64,000 nucleotides of DNA from Mustelus asterias (Eukaryota): positions 10,354,001 to 10,418,000 of the forward strand of contig NC_135815.1 of the NCBI RefSeq assembly GCF_964213995.1. The letters are read 5' to 3'. Positions 61,051 to 64,000 of this stretch are shown in pieces. Position 1 is the stretch's first letter, and the number at the start of each line of letters is the position of its first letter. Under the pieces are notes generated by a model. It ran no database searches. It was not told where the DNA came from and saw nothing but the letters and a program-made list of their open reading frames with translations. Both the position numbers and the translations under genes were made by a program.

Positions 61051-61399
61051 TTAACCCTTTGTGTGCCAGAACCTTATACCTCGGTAAAGGCTACGTGCAA
61101 TGTAATATATTCCAACAGTAAAAGTCCTGTTTCCCACAACAGGAAGAGAATCAGTCAGGATTCTTGTATCCAGTTGGAACAGTGTGTCTGGATGTGAGGA
61201 ACAACACCTAGCATTTCTCTTTTTAATTTACTTACAGGATGTGACCATTGCCAGCAAGGCCTGCATTCGTGGTTCAACCTTAATTGCCCCCACACCCACC
61301 CTGAGGTTGAGCCAGCTTCTTAAACTGCAGTCTATTCAGTGTTGGTATACCCGCAGGGCTGATAGATCCATCCAGCTTTCCTCTTATTAGACACTTTCA

Positions 61400-62500
61400 C
61401 AGTAATTTCATAGTAAAAGTTCCAACACTATTCCAAATAAATGGTGGGCAGCAAAATTCATCGCCATACCAAAACCGGGAGAAGAACCCATACTTGTAGC
61501 TATCTACCGTCCAAACTCTCTCCTGTCAGTTCCATATAAAATCCTTGAATACCTCATCCTTCAGCGCTTATCCCCAATTGTAGAAAAATTTTGATTTGAT
61601 TTGATTTATTATTGTCACATGTATTAACATAGTGAAAGTATTGCGCACTATACAGACAAAGCATACCATTCATAGAGAAGGAGAGGAGAGAGTGCAGAAT
61701 GTAGTGTTACAGTCATAGCTAGGGTTAGAGAAAAATCAACTTAGTGCGAGTTAAGTCCATTCAAAAGTCTGATGGCAGCAGGGAAGAAGCTGTTCTTGAG
61801 TCGGTTGGCACGTGACCTCAGACTTTTGTATCTTTTTCCCGACAGAAGAAGGTGGGACAGAGAATGTCCGGAGTGCGTGGGGTTCTTAATTATGTTGGCT
61901 GCTTTTCCAAGACAGCGGGAAGTGTAGATGGAGTCAATGGATAGGAGGCTGGTTCGAGTAATGGATTGGGATATATTCATGACCCTTTGTAGCTTCTTGC
62001 GGTCTTGGGCAAAGCAGGAGTCTTACCAAGCTGTGATACAACCAGAAAGAATGCTTTCTATGGTGCATTTGTAAATGTTGGTGAGAATCGTAGCATACAT
62101 CCAAATTTCCTTAGTCTACTGAGAAAGTAGAGGGATTGGTGAGCTTAACTACAGTGGCGGCAGGGTCCCTAGAAGTCCTTAGCGTCATCCAAGCTGGTTT
62201 CCACAAGGACTGCAGCCCAGGGAAGGAGGTATTGGCTCGCACCACCGACATTGAAAATAACTTTCAGAAAAACCGGAAGACAGGTGCTGTTTTGACCTCA
62301 CAGTCACCTATGACATCGTTTTTCACACTGGCCTCCTCCTCAAACTGTCCCGGGCCTCCCACCACGGACAACTAAAAGCATCGGAACACTCTTGAAAGGT
62401 TCAGAGTTCACCATGGACAGGCAAAAAGTACCTGGAAAACACAAACCAATCCCCTCCAGGATTCCCACCGAGACCTGCAATATTCTGACTTGGAATATTC
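61400..62500 (+). mobile_element. Vingi/Ingi-like LINE RT fragment split by a Rex1 insertion
   Basis: IPNKWWAAKFIAIPKPG..YRPNSLLSVPYKILEYLILQRL, then QAGF..TTDIENNFQKNRKTGAV, then frameshifted DLTVTYDIVFHTGLLLKL. Confidence 0.7.
61590..62165 (-). mobile_element. Rex1/Babar 3' fragment
   Basis: KAANIIKNPTHSGHSL..RLKNSFFPAAIRLLN. Confidence 0.88.
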
Positions 62501-62504
62501 TTCC

Positions 62505-62785
62505 AAAAATTGAAATCCAGTAAAAATCTGGAAGTAAAAGGTTAATGATAGACCATGAAACCATTGTCGATTGTCAGAAAATCCCATCTGGTTCACCAAT
62601 GTTCTTTAGGGAAGGAAATCTGCTGTCTTTACCCAGTCTGGCCAACATGTGACTCCGGAGCCACAGCAATGTGGTTGACTCTGAACTGCCCTCTGAAATG
62701 GGCTAGCAAGCCGGGCAGTTAGTGTGTGAACTAAATGCTGGTCCAGCCAGCGACACACACGTCATATGAATGAATTTTTCAAAAA
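62505..62785 (+). mobile_element. tRNA-derived SINE, family 2 (5'-truncated)
   Basis: Family body and tail. Confidence 0.75.
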
Positions 62786-63198
62786 TCATCACTGGATGAA
62801 ATTCCAGGATCTCCCTCTCTGACCACACTGCGGAACCCATCGCCACGTGGACCTCAGCAATTCAATGGAAGACCCACCGCCTCCCATCTCACAGGCAGCT
62901 TAGCATTGAGAGCATTGAATTCCGAGCACTTTAGTTTCAATATAAAGTTAATTTTATTTGGCACTATTTCCATCCATCTTTTCTTCCCCAGTCAATGTAA
63001 AGGGTAATTATAGAGTATTTCATTCCTGCTCCTGATTACAGGCTGTGAGGTGCTAAATCAGAAATATCTGTGTGGCTTGTTGGCATGTTCAGCTGCTGCA
63101 TGCTCTCTCAATCTGCCCACAGGGTTACAGGAGTACACCAACAACAGCTTGCATTTCTATAGCACCTTTAATGCAGTAAATTCTCCCAATGTGCTTTT

Positions 63199-63513
63199 CA
63201 TAGAATCCCTACAGTGCAGAAGGAGGCCATTCGGCCCATCGTTTCTGCACCGACAACAATCCCACCCAGACCTCGTAACCCCATGTATTTACCCTAGCTA
63301 GTCCCCTGACACGAAGGGGCAATTTAGCACGGTCAATGCACCTAACCAGCACGTCCTTTGGACTGTGGGAGGAAACCGGAGCACCCGGAGGGAACCCACG
63401 CAGACACGGGGAAAATGTGCAACTCCGCATAGGCAGTGACCCAAGCCGGGAATTGAACCCAGGTCCCTGGTGCTGTGAGGCAGCAGTGCTAACCACTGTG
63501 CCACCGTGCCGCC
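63199..63513 (-). mobile_element. HE1 V-SINE (type A)
   Basis: Full-length copy. Confidence 0.88.
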
Positions 63514-64000
63514 GTTGGTATGTGTAATGTGTAAAGTCATGTAATCTATGATTAACTTAGCACATATTACTAATTTTATACACTGTCCACTGTTGACCAA
63601 TGCCTCCCTCCAGAATAATTCAATTGTCGTTTTCCCGTTTGCAATGAGTTTGTTTTGGATCACGGATTCAGCTGCCCTCCTGATCTTAATACATTCATTC
63701 TTTCACCAATTATTCTCTATTGATTTATTCTTGCACCAGTTTTACCCTTAAACATAAGAGAGAATGGCTAGCAAAACATATGGGATTTTGGGCTTCCCAA
63801 ATGGAGGTATTGAGTACAGAGGCAAGGAAGTTATGCTGAATCTTTCTAAAGCTCTGGGTTCGGCCACAACTAGAATATGGGCCGGAATTTTACTGCCCCG
63901 TCCGCCCCCCATGGAATCGGAGTGGGTGAGGGGAGGACAATGGGAATGTCCACTGACCTCGGGTGGGATTTTATGGTTGCCGGATGAGCAAGGCTGTAAA

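Noticed and set aside
2644-63663. Dozens of recurring short ORFs (MAQWLALLPHS.., MDCGRKPEHPEETH.., MVSTAASQ..)
   Set aside because: They are translations of V-SINE copies in different frames, not a gene family.

Overview
Eukaryotic, repeat-rich non-coding DNA, almost certainly from a shark or other elasmobranch: about 30 HE1-type V-SINEs plus CR1, Rex1/Babar, Penelope-like and Deu-SINE repeats typical of that group. It is probably intronic or intergenic, and I recognise no host protein-coding gene. The only long real ORF is the RT half of a young 5'-truncated CR1 LINE (29678-31245, minus strand), inserted into a 34-bp minisatellite that has a 265-bp higher-order repeat. Other content: two further tRNA-derived SINE families, fossil Vingi, Tx1, Gypsy and Harbinger fragments, a solo LTR with a TSD, and MITE-like elements. 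The most interesting signals are (1) three independent local copies, each made of an HE1 SINE 3' end plus its downstream flank, re-inserted 0.3-1.5 kb away; (2) minimal hammerhead-ribozyme motifs and fold-back palindromes in Penelope-derived insertions; (3) one V-SINE body carrying two alternative LINE-like tails. Family names come from motif recognition, not database searches, and most repeat boundaries are approximate (about +/-10 bp).
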